DNA from: Mobula birostris
Taxonomy: Eukaryota
Reading direction: 5' to 3'
DNA: 64,000 nucleotides
Assembly (NCBI RefSeq): GCF_030028105.1
Contig: NC_092372.1
Span: forward strand, 49,914,034-49,978,033
This document shows, in pieces, positions 1-13,828 of this stretch. The first letter of the stretch is position 1. Every line of letters starts with the position of its first letter. The notes below the pieces were generated by a model. It was not told where the DNA came from and did not search any database. It worked only from the letters and a program-made list of their open reading frames with translations. The translations under genes were made by a program, and so were the position numbers.

Positions 1-669
1 AACCTGTGGTTGACCACCTCCAAAAACTCTCACTTATGATACTTCCCACATGCTATATGCGCCATAGCAAATCCACCTGTCACTCCAACTGATATATGTG
101 GTCTGACAGGAGCTTTAGACAAACTTCCCTCCATTCAGGGGATTCTAATCTATTTTGATTGGTGAAGGGATAAGAAATCTTTCAAGGAAGTACCAAAATA
201 CCCTTGATGCAGTTATTTTGTCCTCCAAGTAACCTCTCCTGGAATACAGCATGGATTAGAGAACTTGTTCTGAAAGGCTACTGCCAGGTATGATATCAAC
301 ATGGCCTGTTCATTGAAACTGGCTGAAAGCAATTAAAACCTCAGTGCTGGGGATCTTGGCCTGGAAGAAGTACCATCAGTGCTGTTTCCACAGAATCCAC
401 TGGCAGGGTCAGTGAATCAATGTCATTATTTCCATTCCAATCTAAATTATGTAAAATCGTTATCCAAATTTCATTTTGTTTTATTTACAGATGGTGTAAT
501 CTGAACTAACGTTCTTCCAACTGGCTTCTCAAGACAAATAAGTGCATCAAGGAGTATGCCAAAGAAATCATTAAGCTTTCATTTGGCTTACGCCACAAAA
601 TGAAGATACTCAAGACTAAATCACAGAGTAAACAAAAATTCAGTGAAGGAAGAGGAAAAGATACTTTAC

Positions 670-804
670 CTTTGTGAAGGTTACAGGGATACTGGCATCC
701 ACTTGGATATGGTCAGCAAGCTCAGTGAATTGTTGCTGTTGCTTCTGTAATGTTTCCAATAAACAAGTAATCTCCTGTTTAGCCATCACTACCCGACAAT
801 CATC
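670..804 (-). CDS. TRIM23: TRIM23 exon 7 (DDCRVVMAKQEITCLLETLQKQQQQFTELADHIQVDASIPVTFTK); gene continues beyond the left edge
   Basis: 135-nt exon, tag|...|gtaaag, translation matches TRIM23. Confidence 0.96.
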
Positions 805-1699
805 CTAGTCAGGACAGTAAAAGGAATCGAGTCATCCTGAGTTCACTTTTGTTGGAAGAAGTTAGCCCAACATTTGTCAAGGTAAACATGGAGGAATCCA
901 TTAATTGCAGGACATGCAGAATGTCATAAGTTAATCATGCTGAGTCAACATGGCCTTGATGTAACGGAAATCACATTTCACAAATCTGCTAGAATTCTTT
1001 AAGGGTGCAACAGTAAATAATGGAGAATCTGTAGATGTAATGCGTTTGGATTAACAGAAAGCATTCAAAACAATGTCACAAAGCATTATCACACATCAGC
1101 ACATGGTTGTGTGCGGGTAATATATTGGTGTGGGTAGCAGTGTAACTGATGGAAAGTAAATTTGGAGTAAATAGTTACATCTGATCTGGCAATCGATAAG
1201 TAGTGGGCTATACGGGGATCAGTGCTGGGTCTTCAAATCTTTACAATTTATATTGATAACTTGGAGTGAAGGGGCTAAATATAATATAGCCAAATCTGCA
1301 TGTGATACAAAAATAGATGGGTTAACAAGTGAGGAGAAAACAAAGCAGCAGCAAAGGGACATACAGGTAGATGGGTACAGTGAGTGGACAAGAAGTTGAC
1401 AAATGTGGGAAAATAGTTCAATGTGCGAAAATAGTCAAGATAGCATTGGTGAAGCACAGCAATGCTTTGTGGGAAGCTTACAAAACTTCTAAATGTACTT
1501 CCTCTGAACTACTCTCACTGCAATCTGCAGCCTGTAATTTCACTTTAAGCAACGCACATTTGAAGTGTCTTAACAAACTAGCAATTTTATCATCTTCTGA
1601 AGGACGCCATGGCCTTAACTCTCAGGAATGCAAGTACAGCACTTTTAAACGGACAAAAGTACATTGCCACGGCCAGAAGGGAGGGAGGAGACCAAGAGT

Positions 1700-4600
1700 G
1701 CAAGCCAGACTAAAATGTTGGGGTGTCAAATTTCCTCTAACCAGCAGCTTGCTAGCAAATGAGGGATTGCTGCAATGTCTGCTTCACAGAGACATCATTC
1801 ACTCTGGACAAGTCGGTTATGTCGGTAAGACCCGAGGGCTTCTCGATTCACCAGATGGACCAGACTGCTGATTTGAAAACAGCAAAAGATGGGGGTCTGT
1901 GTGTCATGATGAACTCTTTGTCGTGCTCAAGCGTAGCCTTGTCTCAATCTTGTTCCCCTAACATGGAACATCTAATGATTAAGTGTTGTCCTTATTCTAC
2001 TTTATAAGAGAGTTCTCCTCTGTAAATTTACATGCCGCCAAAGGCCGATATTGTGAGCACCATAAGTATTGAGTGCCTCGATCAGCAAACAAGACACAAC
2101 CTACGCCGATGCCTTTTAAATCATTCTTGGGGATTTCAGTCAGACTTGTTTGAAGAGCTCCTTGTCCAATTATAATCAACACATCACCTGCCGCAGGAAG
2201 TGTCCCAACAATCTCGACCACTATTCAACTACGATTAGGAATACCTACCGTTCCATCACTAGAATGGGGTACCTGACCAACTGCTTGTCCTCTTTCTACC
2301 TGTATACAAGCAGAGACTAAAGCCCAAGGCCCAGAGATAAGGACAACAAAGAGGTGGTCACAGGAAGCAGAGAAGCAGCTACACGATTGCTGCGAGTCAA
2401 TGGACTGGGCAGTGTTCAAGGACTCAGAGGATCTAAACAAATATGCCACGGTTGTCATGGGACTTTATAAAAACAGTCGTAGATGATTATGTCCCCACAA
2501 AATCATTTGGAGTATTCCCCAAGCAGGAGATCCACAATCTGCTGAGGGCCAGATAAGTGGTGTTCAGGTGTGGCGACAAGTAAACTACAAGAGGTCAAGG
2601 TATGACCTCTGGAAAATAATCTCACATGCAAAGTAGCAATTCTGGACCAAACTTGAATCATTGAAGTATACTCAACAGCCGTGGCAGGACTTGAATGCCA
2701 TCACTTCCTACAGAGTGAAACTAAGCGACACAGGTAACAAGGTTTCACTCCCAAATGGGTTCAATGACTTTTATGCTCGCTTTGAAAATCAAATCATGGA
2801 GGTACTTTCATGAACTTCCACAGCCCCGTGATTTCAGTCTCTGGGGCTAACGCAAGACCATTCTTCAGGAAGATGAACCCAAGGAATGCATTTGGCAATA
2901 CTAAAGATATGTGCTGATCAACTGGCTAGAGTGTTCACTGATAACTTTCACCTCTTACTTCGTCAGTCTGATGTACCACCTGTGTCAAGTGGGCTTCAAT
3001 TATACCTGAGTGCCTAAGAACAACCTAGTAAGCTGCCTCCATGACTATTGTCCACAATACATCCATTGCAATTAAGTGCTTTAAGAGGTTGGTGATGAAA
3101 CATGATCAACTCCTGCCAGAGAATCAACTTGGATCTGCTCCAATATGGGAACAGCAGATGCCATTTCATTGGCTCTTCACTCAACCCTGGAACCTCTGCA
3201 CAGTGAAGACACACACATCAGGATGCTCTTCAGCGACTACAGTTCAGCATTCAATCCTATCTTCTGCTCAAAGCTAATCAATAAGCTCCAAAGCCGAGGC
3301 CTCAAAACATCCTTGTGCAGCTGGATCCTTGATTCCCTCACTTGCAGACCCCAGTCAGTTTCGTCATGGCAACACCCCCTTCACAATTACCAACAGCATA
3401 GGTGCACAAGACTGTAGTTAACACTCTGCTCTTCTCGCTTTACACTTACTGCTGTGAAGCTAAGCACAGCTCCAATGCCATACTTAAGTTTGCTGGCAAA
3501 ACTATTGTCATTGTCCGAATCAAAGGTGGCGACAAATCAGCATAAAGGACGGAGAATGAAAATCTGGCTGAGTGGTGCCACCACAACACCCTCCCACTCA
3601 ATGTCAGCAAGACCAAGGAACTGATTATTGACTACAGCAAGAGGAAACTGGAGGTCCATGAGCCAGTCCTCATCAGTGGATCAGGGCCAACAACTTTAAA
3701 TTCCTGTGTTCTCATTTCAGAGGATTTGTACGGGGTCCAGCACACAACTGCCATTACAAAGAAAGCACGGCAGTGTCTCTACTTTCTTAGAAGTTTGTGA
3801 ATTTTCAGCATGTCATCTAAAACTTTGACAAACTTCTATTGATCTACAGAGGAGAGTACATTGACTGGTTGTATCACGGCCTGCTATGGAAACACTAATG
3901 TCCTGAATAGAAAAGCCTACAAAATGTAGTGGATACAGCCCAGTCCATCACAGGTAAAGCCCTCCTCACCATCAAGCGCTGTCGCAATGAAAAGCATCCA
4001 TTATCAAGCTCTCCATAGCCATCCAAGCTATGCACTCTTCTTGTTGCTGCCATCAGGCAGAGGTACAGAAGCTTATGGACCCATACCACCAGATTCAGGA
4101 ACAGTTATTACCCCCTCAGCCATCACATTCTTGAACCATAGAAAAGTACAGCAGAGAAATAGACTCTTCAGCCCAATCATTCCTTGTTGAAACCATTTAA
4201 ACTGCCTACTCTCATTGACCTGCTCTGGGACCACAGCCCTCCATACCCCTACCATCCAAGTAGCTATCAAAAGTTCTCTTAAATGTTGAAATTGATGTCG
4301 CATGCACCACTTGTGCTGGCAGTTGGTTCAACACTCTCATGACCCTCTGAATGAAGAAGTTTCCCCTCATATTCACCTTAAACTTCTCACCTTTCACCCT
4401 TAGGCCATGATTTCTGGTTGTAGTCCCACCCAGCCTTAGTGGAAAAAGCCTGCTTGCATTTAACCTATCAAATCCCCTCATAATTCTGTATACCTCTATC
4501 AAATCTCCTCTCAATCTTCTATGTTCTAAGGAATAAAGTCCCAACCTATTCAACCTTTCCTTATAACTCAGGTCCTCCAGACCCGGCAACATCCATATAA

Positions 4601-5322
4601 ATTTTCTCTGTACTCCTTCAACCTTGTTTACATCTTTCCTGTAGGTAGGTGACCAAAACTGCACACAATCCTCCAAATTAGGCCTCGCCAATGTCTTACA
4701 CAACTTCAACATAACATCACATCTCCTGTACTCAGTACTTTGATTTATGAAGGCCAATATGCCAAAAGCTTCCTTTACAATCCTGTCTACCTGTGACACC
4801 ACTTTCAAAGAATTATGGACTTGTATTCCCAGATCCCTTTACTCTACCACACTTATCAGTGCCCTACCGTTCACTGAATAAGACTACCCTGGTTGGTCCA
4901 ACCAAAGTGCAACACCTTGCTCTTGACTGCATTAAATTCCATTTGCCACATTTCAGCTGACCCAGATCCTTCAGCGAGCCATGGTAACCTTCCTCACTGT
5001 CCACTACTCCCCCAACCATGGTGTCTTCCACTTCAACCTAAGAGGATAACCCAAGACTGAACTGTTCCAATAATCCATTGATTCACTTTCAAGGACACGT
5101 CATCTCATGTTCTCGAAATTTATTATTATTATTCTTTTTTTCTTTTCTATTTGCTGTTTGTTGTTTTTTGCACCTTGGCTGTTTGTCCACCTTGTTATGT
5201 GCGGTCTTTCACTGATTCTATTGTGTTTCTTTCTATTTACTGTGAACACCTACAAGAAAATAAATCTCGGGGTTGTACATGGTGAAACACACACACTTTG
5301 ATAATAAACTTACTTTGAACTT
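1700..5322 (+). mobile_element. Old Rex1/Babar-like LINE (APE and RT remnants, 3' UTR), interrupted by a CR1 at ~4140-5030
   Basis: [36 protein letters not shown] motifs; 3' end ATAAACTTACTTTGAACTT. Confidence 0.75.
4140..5030 (-). mobile_element. CR1 LINE 3' fragment
   Basis: ORF 4212..4808 RPNLEDCVQFWSP...LYSLEHRRLRGDLIEVY. Confidence 0.88.
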
Positions 5323-5771
5323 AAGAAAATATTAGGTTACCTTTGGAAGGAAGAATCAAAAATGATTTTTAAATTATTTGAACTCTGAGTAGAAAAAGTC
5401 AGCATGTAGGTATAGCAAGTAATTAAGGTGGCTTTACAACAGTGCATGGAGTTTCAATATTGAAGCACCTTTACTGGACACTGGTGAGGCTGTACAGATA
5501 TTTCAGTACCAGGACCCACAGATCCCTTTTGTATTGCACCACTGTGTTTCAAACTGTAACTATTGTAGAAGACCAAACTATTTTAACAGGATTGGCTGAT
5601 AAAAACCCTGATCACTATAACATAATATCTCTCTACTTTAGTTTTCTGGAGTAGTACCATGGAATCCTTGACATCAGAACAACAATTGGTCACTCTGCAA
5701 CAGAGCCTTGATTGAGTTCTGAAGTCCACAAGCAGACCAGGATATTCTGACTTGTAGTGCTTCCAAGCAGC

Positions 5772-6090
5772 GGAGGCACAGTGGCAGACAGAGCTGCTAC
5801 CTCAATGCCAGTGCTTCAGATTCAATCGGGAGCACCTGAATTGCCATTATGGAGAACACATGTCTGTGTTGTTACTGTATGGGTTTTCTCGAAGACCATC
5901 AGCATCCAACATCTCAAAGACATACAGGTTGGTACTTTAACTGGCCACTGTAAATTACTCCTAGTGTGCAAGTGAGTGGAGGAATCTGTGAGGGAGTTGA
6001 GGAGAATAAAATGGGATGATATCAATAAGTACCCAATGAATGGCATAGACTTGTTCTGCCAAAGGGTCTGTACCCATGCTGTATGACTTA
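5772..6090 (+). mobile_element. tRNA-derived SINE-like repeat (similar copy ~15070-15360)
   Basis: GGCACAGTGGC A-box-like start, TTCAATC B-box-like motif, CR1-like 3' end. Confidence 0.5.
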
Positions 6091-6299
6091 AGATAATTGC
6101 TGGAATTCATAACTTTTGAAAAGCTGAATTTCTAGTCAGTATTAATATGGAAGGTTGACAATTCCTCCTTTTCCTACCTTCTCCGTGGGGGGTGGGGGTG
6201 AATGTAATATTTACCAAATTGGCATGAGAGAAAAAAAAAAGAGTACTATCCAAAAGGTCAACAGAATCCTGAGAATACTAAAGGGCAAGGACCCCAGGT

Positions 6300-6548
6300 T
6301 GCAACAAAACAATAAAACATCCAATGAACAGCAGTTCTGTGGTCAAAAACACCTTGTTAATGAGAGAGGCCAGAGGAGAATGGCCTGACTGGTTCAAGCC
6401 GACAGGAAGGTGACAGTAACTCAAATAGCCACACATTACAACAGTGGCATGCAGAAGAGCATTTCTAAGCACACAACACGTTGAAACATAAAGTGGATAG
6501 GCTACACTGGCTTCCACTCCTGTACCTAATAAAATAGCCACTAAGTAT
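6300..6548 (+). mobile_element. Tc1-like transposase fragment with right end
   Basis: Reads KTSNEQQFCGQKHLVNERGQRRMA*LVQADRKVTVTQI; ends CCTAATAAAATAGCCACTAAGTATA. Confidence 0.6.
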
Positions 6549-6691
6549 ACATTCTGTCGTTTAAATTAAACATAACTCCAGTTCAATATTAAATAGTTTT
6601 CTTCCAGAGAGTCTGTGTCCATAAGAGGATGAAAAGGTAAACACTCTATGTCTTATTATATAATAATAATACACTGAAACTCACTTGACCG

Positions 6692-8400
6692 TAAGACCAT
6701 AAGATATAGGAGCAAAGTAAGGCCATTTGGCCCATCAAGTCTGCTCTGCCATTTCATCATGGCTGATCCAATTTTCCCCTCAGCCCCAATCTCCTGCTTT
6801 CTCCCTGTATCCCTTCTTGACCTGACCAATCATGAATGTTTCAACCTCAGCCTTAAATACACATAAAGACTTGACCTCCACAGCCACCTGTGGCAACAAA
6901 TTCCATAGATTCACCACTCTCTGGCTAAAGAAGTTCCTCATCTATGCTCCATAAGGACACCCCTCTATTTTGAGACTGTGTCCTCTGGTCTTAAGACTCT
7001 CTCACCATAGGAAACATCCTCTCCACATCCACTCTATCAAGGCCTTTTACCATTTGATAGGTTTCAATAAGACCACCCCTCATTCTTCTGAATTCTAGTC
7101 AGTATAGGCCCTGAGTCATCAAACACTCTTCATATGACAAGCCTTTCAATCCTGGAATCATTTTCATGAACCTCCTTTGAACCCTCGCCAGTGTCAGCAT
7201 ATCCTTTCTTAGATAAGGGGCCGAAAACTGCTCACAATTCTCTGAGTGAGACTTCACCAGTGCCTTATAAAGCCTCAACATTACATCCTTGCTTTTATAT
7301 TCTAGTCCACTTGAAATCAATGCCAACATTACATTTGCCTTCCTTACCATAGAACCTGCAAATTAACTTTTAGAGAATCCTGCACAAGGACTCCCAAATT
7401 TTTGAATTTTCTTACCATTTAGAAAATAGTCAACTTCCCACTAATTTTTGCTCAATTATATGCCCTTTCTTTGGCTTTTATATTGGTGGTGACTTTGTTA
7501 GCCACAGTTGTCTCTTCTTGCCTTCTTCCTCTTTGGAATCTATAGATCCTGTGCTTTCCAAATTGCTTCCAGAAATTCCAGCCATTGCTGCTCTGCCATT
7601 ATCCCAGTGCTCTTTTCCGATCAATTTTGGTCAACTCCTCTCTCATGCCTCTGTAATTCCCTTCACTCCACTGTCACACTGATATATCTGACTTTTGCTT
7701 CTCCTTCTTAAATGTCAGGGTGAATTCGATCACATTACAATCACTTTTCCCCAAGGGTTCTTTTACCTAAAACTCGAATCAATTCCTGTTCATTGCACAT
7801 CACCAAATCCAGAACAGATGATCCCCTCATGGGCTCAACCACTACCTGCTCTAAAATACAAATCGTAGGCATTCTAGAAAATCCCCCTCTTGGAATCCAG
7901 AACCAACCTGATTTTCCCAATCTACCTGCATTTTGAAATTTCCTATAACTACTGCAACACTGCCCCTTTGGCACGCCCTTTCTATCACCCATTGTAATTT
8001 GTAGACCACATCCTTACTACTGTTTGGGGGTCTGTATATAACTCCCATCTCTGTGTTTTTACCCTTGCAGTTCCCTAGCTCTGCCCACAACGGTTCAACA
8101 CCTTCTAGCCCTATGTCATCTCTTTCTAATTTGATTTCATTTTTTTACCAATAGGGCACCACTAACTACCTGTCCTTTCGATACAGCGTGTATCTTTGGA
8201 CGTTAAGCTCCCAGCTATAATCTTCTTTCAACCATGATTCAGTGATGCTTACATCATCATACATGCCAATCTGCAACTGTGCTACAAGTTCATCTTATTC
8301 TGTATACTGTGTGCATTCAAATCTAACACCTTCAGTCCTGTATTCACCCTTCTTCATCTTGTCCACCTTTTACATTGCACCTCATCCTGTTGATTGCAAT
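6692..8400 (-). mobile_element. CR1 LINE fragment with internal deletion (APE part joined to 3' end)
   Basis: ORFs 7099..7350 and 7851..8090 (VIYRPPNS, GNFKMQVDW). Confidence 0.85.
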
Positions 8401-8639
8401 TCTAAGTATACTCGAGATTGTTAGAAAACAGAAGAACCGGGAGCGGGGGGCGGGGGGACGTAAATAGGAAAGGGGGAAATGAGTCAAAGATTAGGTCAGC
8501 TCAGAAAGACAGAGCAGAATTAATGGGCTATGGGATCAATGCCCCTAATATTTATTATTTTCTTATGTAACCATCAGATCCACAATTTTCTCAGAAGCAG
8601 TAAATGCAAGGAGTGGTAAAAAAAAGTGAATAACAGGAT

Positions 8640-10110
8640 AGGGTGGTTAAGGCAGCACATGGCGTATTGGCCTTCATTAGTTGAGTTCAAACACTGTGTG
8701 GTAATGTTGCAGCTCTTTAAAACTAATTAGACCACACTTGGAGTATTGTGTTCAATTCTAGTTGCATCTGGAAAGGTGTGGAAGCCTTAAAGAGGGTGCA
8801 CAGCAGATTGATCAGGATGCTGCCTGGATTAGAGAGTATGTCTTAGGCAGAAGTTTAGCAAGCTGGAGCTCTTTGGAGTGAAGAAGGATGAGGGGTGACT
8901 TGATAAAGGTGTATAAGAATGGTCAAAGCACAGATGGAGTGGACAGCCACAGCCTTTTTCCCTAGGGCAAAAATGGCTAATACAAAAGGGCATAATTTCA
9001 AGGTGATTAGAGAAAAGTATATGAGGGGAAAATGTCAGAGGTAGGTTTAAAAAAAAGTAATAAATGTATGGTATGCATTGTCATAATGTGGAGGTAGATA
9101 CAGTGGTATGCAGAAGTTTGGGCAACCCGGTCAAAATTTCTGTTACTGTGAATAGTTAAGTGAGTAGAAGATGAACTGATCTCCAGAAGTCATAAAGTTA
9201 AAGATGAAACATTCTTTTCAATGTTTTAAGCAAGATTGGTGTATTATTTTTGTTTTGTACAATTTTAGAGTGAGAAAAAGGAAAGGAGCACCTGCAAAAG
9301 TTTGGGCACCCCAAGAGATTTGAGCTCTCAGATAACTTTTACCAAGGTCTCAGACCTTAATTAGCTTGTTAGGGCTATGGCTTGTCACAGTCATCATTAG
9401 GAAAGGCCAGGTGATGCAAATTTCAAAGCTTTATAAATACCCTGACTCCTCAAACCTTGCCCCAACAATCAGCAGCCATGGGCTCCTCTAAGCAGCTGCC
9501 TAGTGCTCTGAAAATTAAAATAAATGATGCCCACAAAGCAGAAGGCTATAAGAAGATAGCGAAGCGTTTTCAGGTAGCTGTTTCCTCAGTTCCTAATGTA
9601 ATTAAGTAATGGCAGTTAACAGGAACGGTGGAGCTCAAGTTGAGGTCTGGAAGACCAAGAAAACTTTCCACGAGAACTGCTCATAGGATTGCTAGAAAGG
9701 CAAATCAAAACCCCGTTTGACTGCAAAAGACCTTCAGGAAGATTTAGCAGAGTCTGGAGTGGTGGTGCACTGTTGCTTCGGGCCCTTTCCCTTTTTGGTA
9801 TTTTGAAACTGTAAAAGACGGAAATAAAAAAGTAATCTTGCTTTAAATATTAAAGAAGTGTGTCATCTTTAACCTTATGCCTTTTGGAAATCAGGTCATC
9901 TTTTACTCGCTTAGCTGTCCACAGTAACAGAAATTTTGACCGGGGTGCCCAAACTTTTGCATGCCACTGTACATTAGGAAGATGCATGACTCTTAGATAA
10001 GCACGTGGATGAAAGAAAAATGGAGGGCTACGTTGGGGGAAGCATTAGATTAATCCTGGAGTAGGTAAATGGCTGGCACAAGATCATGGGTCAAAAGGCC
10101 TGTACTGTTC
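8640..10110 (+). mobile_element. CR1 3' fragment split by the Tc1 insertion
   Basis: RPHLEYCVQF-like sequence before 9100 and CR1 3' UTR after 9970. Confidence 0.75.
9101..9969 (+). mobile_element. Tc1/mariner element, internally deleted, long IR-DR type ends
   Basis: TA-CAGTGG...CCACTG-TA; long inverted ends with repeated AAGTTTGGGCAC; broken transposase N-terminus from 9478 (MGSSKQL...GYKKIAKRF...SGRPRK); inserted in a CR1. Confidence 0.9.
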
Positions 10111-10298
10111 TACGTATCTGTTAGTCCTTCATAAAGATTATTCAGGAGACAATTCCAACTTGTAATCTATTTGTTAAAAAAGTGAGCTGACCCTCCTGCA
10201 AGACTACAATACTTCGGCAAATGAAAGTCTTAGATTAAATTTATTATTGTGTTCTGATTAAGTAACACAAAATGTTGCTTCATAGTTTTACCACCTAC

Positions 10299-10514
10299 CT
10301 GCTGTAGTGTTTTTTCACAGTGGAGACAAGCTGTTGAAACCTGAGACAGCAAAATTGTCATGTCCTCTTGTTGTCGTCTTAGCCATATCAACTTCTCTCG
10401 CACATGTGCATCAACTACACTTAATGCCATTTCCTCCTGTCGACACAGTGTTTCATGCAATTCTGCGAAGTATGCACGAACACAGGATCGTGCATTCTCA
10501 GCAGTACCTGGAAC
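10299..10514 (-). CDS. TRIM23: TRIM23 exon 6, coiled coil (VPGTAENARSC...LHETLCRQEEMALSVVDAHVREKL...CEKTLQQ)
   Basis: 216-nt exon, tag|...|gtaggt. Confidence 0.97.
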
Positions 10515-11369
10515 CTACAAAAGGGCAAACAGGGTTACACCATTATTGAGGCCCTTATTCATTACAAAAATATTGCAGAATCTAATGTGGGATATGCTCA
10601 TTATTACAGGTATTGTTGGTATCATTAACAACTGCCAGTTGACAAATATAAATTTTAGAGGTAGCAAGCAAACTTCACTCTAGTAACTTGTATTTCTGTA
10701 ATTTAAAAGAGAAGCAATTTTTATATCATTCTCTTTTCCCCATTATCTCGAATTTTTTTTTTTGCATTATTTCCCAACTTAAGTTTATTAACCACTCCAG
10801 ATGCCCTTGCAAAACCTGGAAAATTAACAAAGTCTTCTACCATTATTAAGCAACACAGCAAATCAACATTTAAAAATCTGTCACTTTTACTTAAATCCTT
10901 AAATTGTGCTTATTCATTCTGGTAATGTTAAGACAGTTAACTAAATCCAATCTTTATTAATAATAGAAGAATGATATGCAAGCAGGCAAGTAGGATCAGA
11001 TTATTAGACAAGAGTCGACGAAACAATTGCCAACCTTTCACAATAAATATCCATTAACGTGATGAGTTGTCAATAAAGAAAGATATAATTGCTTTTATTA
11101 TTTGCAGTAATATTACTTTGTGTTGTGTGTGAATTACGTACTGTGCTGTGTACCTTGGTCTGGAAGAATGTTGTTTCATTGGGCGATAAACATGTATATG
11201 ACTAAATGACGATAAACTTGAAGTTGGATATGACAATATTTAATAGCACTAAAATGAAGCAATGGAAAATATTTATGGCAATAGTGCTGTGGTAAATCTA
11301 TAAAGAAATCCATCGTACTTAAACAATAGGCAAGAACACTAAATCCCTTAAAAGATGCGTGAGACTTAC

Positions 11370-11552
11370 ATGTTCAGTGTGAGCCATTCCAATTCGGTTT
11401 TCTACTATTTGTTCTCCTCCTTCAACTTTATGAATAATCTCACCTAGTTTTCTGGAATAGTCAGAGATTTCCTCTGTAAAAGTGCGAATGCAGTGTGCCA
11501 TATCCAAAATGGATGCACGAATTTGATCTGCTTCTGTTTCTAAGAGTATATT
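11370..11552 (-). CDS. TRIM23: TRIM23 exon 5 (NILLETEADQIRASILDMAHCIRTFTEEISDYSRKL...MAHTEH)
   Basis: 183-nt exon, cag|...|gtaagt, inside ORF 11319..11672. Confidence 0.97.
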
Positions 11553-13549
11553 CTGTGATTTAGAAAAAATTAAAACATGGATTACAAAGATAGTATCACT
11601 AAGCAATAGTTCTTCACTTCTACTTAAAGTTCTTAATACAAACTCCCACCAATAATTATTTTTCAATTGCACAAAGCCAAATAGTATTTTTCTAGATTAT
11701 TCGGTTTAAACCAATTTCTTAGCAGCAGCAACAGGTGGATTAATTTTTCAGTAAGATTACTACAGTTACTGTATGCCATAGTTTGGTCAAAATATGCCCA
11801 AGGTTGTTGAGCAACTTTTAAAATAGTACCTCAGCATTACCAGCAGCAAAGATTCAACTGGCTCAGTTCCTAACAAATGACAAGAATTACTTTATATATT
11901 TACATCATCAGTGACACTGGTTTCCAAAAAAAAATCTTGAATAAATTATCATATATAGGAACTAATTCAAAGCTTAGGGATAAGATTTTCAGTTACAAAT
12001 GCTGCGAACACATTAAATTATCAAATTCAACAATTAGTCACGAACTTCCTAAATCATTTCCAGAACAATATCAGTTGCTTATCAAGTCAATTACACACAT
12101 TTTCTGCTTCCATATAAATGGAAGTAGCAGGCAATTTAGTGATTAGCAGGGAAGTGGCAACTGATTTGTGATGAAAACCAGAAATCAAACTGTGCTATCA
12201 GGAGATTCTGGGATCAAACTTAAGTCTGGAAAGAAAGCAACCAAAACAATGCATGTCTGAGGCGAAAGCCATAAGAACATCAAAAATAACAACAGAAGCA
12301 GACCATTTGGCCCTTCAAACTGGCTCTGCTATTCAGCATCATAGCTGACCTTGTACATCAACTCTATTCATCTGCATTATTCACAGATATCTTGATTATT
12401 CAACCATTCAAAATTCAATCTGTTTTCAGTGCAACCAATGAGTCTCCTCGATGCTCCCAAAACAGATTTCCAAAGATCCATTACCCTCTTAAGTCCTAAA
12501 GTCCTTGGTTTTTGACTCATTTTTCATATGCTCTGCTAAATTCTGAATTCTGTAAGTCTCAATGATGAGATCACCTCTTATCCTTCCAAGCACGAGAAAA
12601 TAGAGCCAAACCTATTAACTTTTATCCTCATAGACAAACCCAATATTCCTGGAACCAGTCTAGTGAATTTTCAATGCATTCCTTTTATTACCAATGTCTC
12701 CCTCTTTAGTTAGGAGATCAAAACTGTATGTTGTTTTTTCCAGATTATGGTCTCAGTAAGATCCTATATAGTAAGGCATCTTAATTCTTCTACACCATTT
12801 ACCGTCCTAATTGTCTCCTCAACTGTACATTATCTTTCTGTCACTTATGCACAAGGAAGTCCAGGTCCCTTTGAACATCAAAAGTGCCCCTCTACAAGAA
12901 ATTAGGATGATCTGCACTTGTGATTGTGGAAAACAGACACACCCAGGTGAAGCGGGGAAAAAAAAGGTTCTTGGAGAATAGTAAAAGTTTGAAATTAGCT
13001 ACTGGAGGCTGGTACATGGTTATTTTGTTGAGCAAGTTTATGATGTGAAGTAGAGAAATTTATAACACAGATACAGTACTTATAATGGCATTTAACTATG
13101 TAGTGACCCAAAATTCCTTGGAAATTAGTGCAATGGTATTTTTAGGAAGAATATTAAATTTTAAAAATTGATTTTGAATTAGAGAAAATAATGCAGAAAA
13201 GGGTTGAATAGTCGAATGTCATTAATAAAGAGCATATCAGGCCTCAGGAGCTCTTTGTCACCCAAGTTAGACACAAATTACGTTCTACTATCTTACTGAA
13301 GAGAAAGAATCAAGTAATCACTCTTCTAAGATTTTTAAAAAATATAGCAATCATGTTAAGCTTGAAAAGAAACAATATTTCGCTAGTCTCACACTGTATT
13401 CAGTGCTTAAACATTCCCATTTTTAATCCATACATCCTGTACAAAAACTACCTTATATGTTAATTTATTACTTCCACTCTAAATATTATGATGCAAGACA
13501 AGATTTAAAAATATAGAATATATACTCAACACATTAAAACTATAAATAC

Positions 13550-13828
13550 CTTGTGTCCTTGATGCTTGGCATATTCCTTGCATACACAGCACATCAAGGG
13601 ACTTGATTGACATCCTTCTTCTAAACAAACAAATTCAATTGCATGCACTTGGTGTTGAGAGCACATGGTTTTCTCATGTGGTTTGTCAGCCAGAGGTACT
13701 CTTCGATGCTTGGCCAACGTCCGTGTGGAGTGTGTTAATTGGGAGCAGTCCGCACAAAGATGAGTTGCACACACAGTACAATACATGGATGCATCGTGGT
13801 TTTCATCTTCATCACAGCGGATAATATG
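13550..13828 (-). CDS. TRIM23: TRIM23 exon 4, B-box region (HIIRCDEDENH...CKEYAKHQGHK)
   Basis: 279-nt exon inside ORF 13526..13834; Cys/His B-box pattern matching TRIM23; aag|...|gtattt. Confidence 0.97.
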
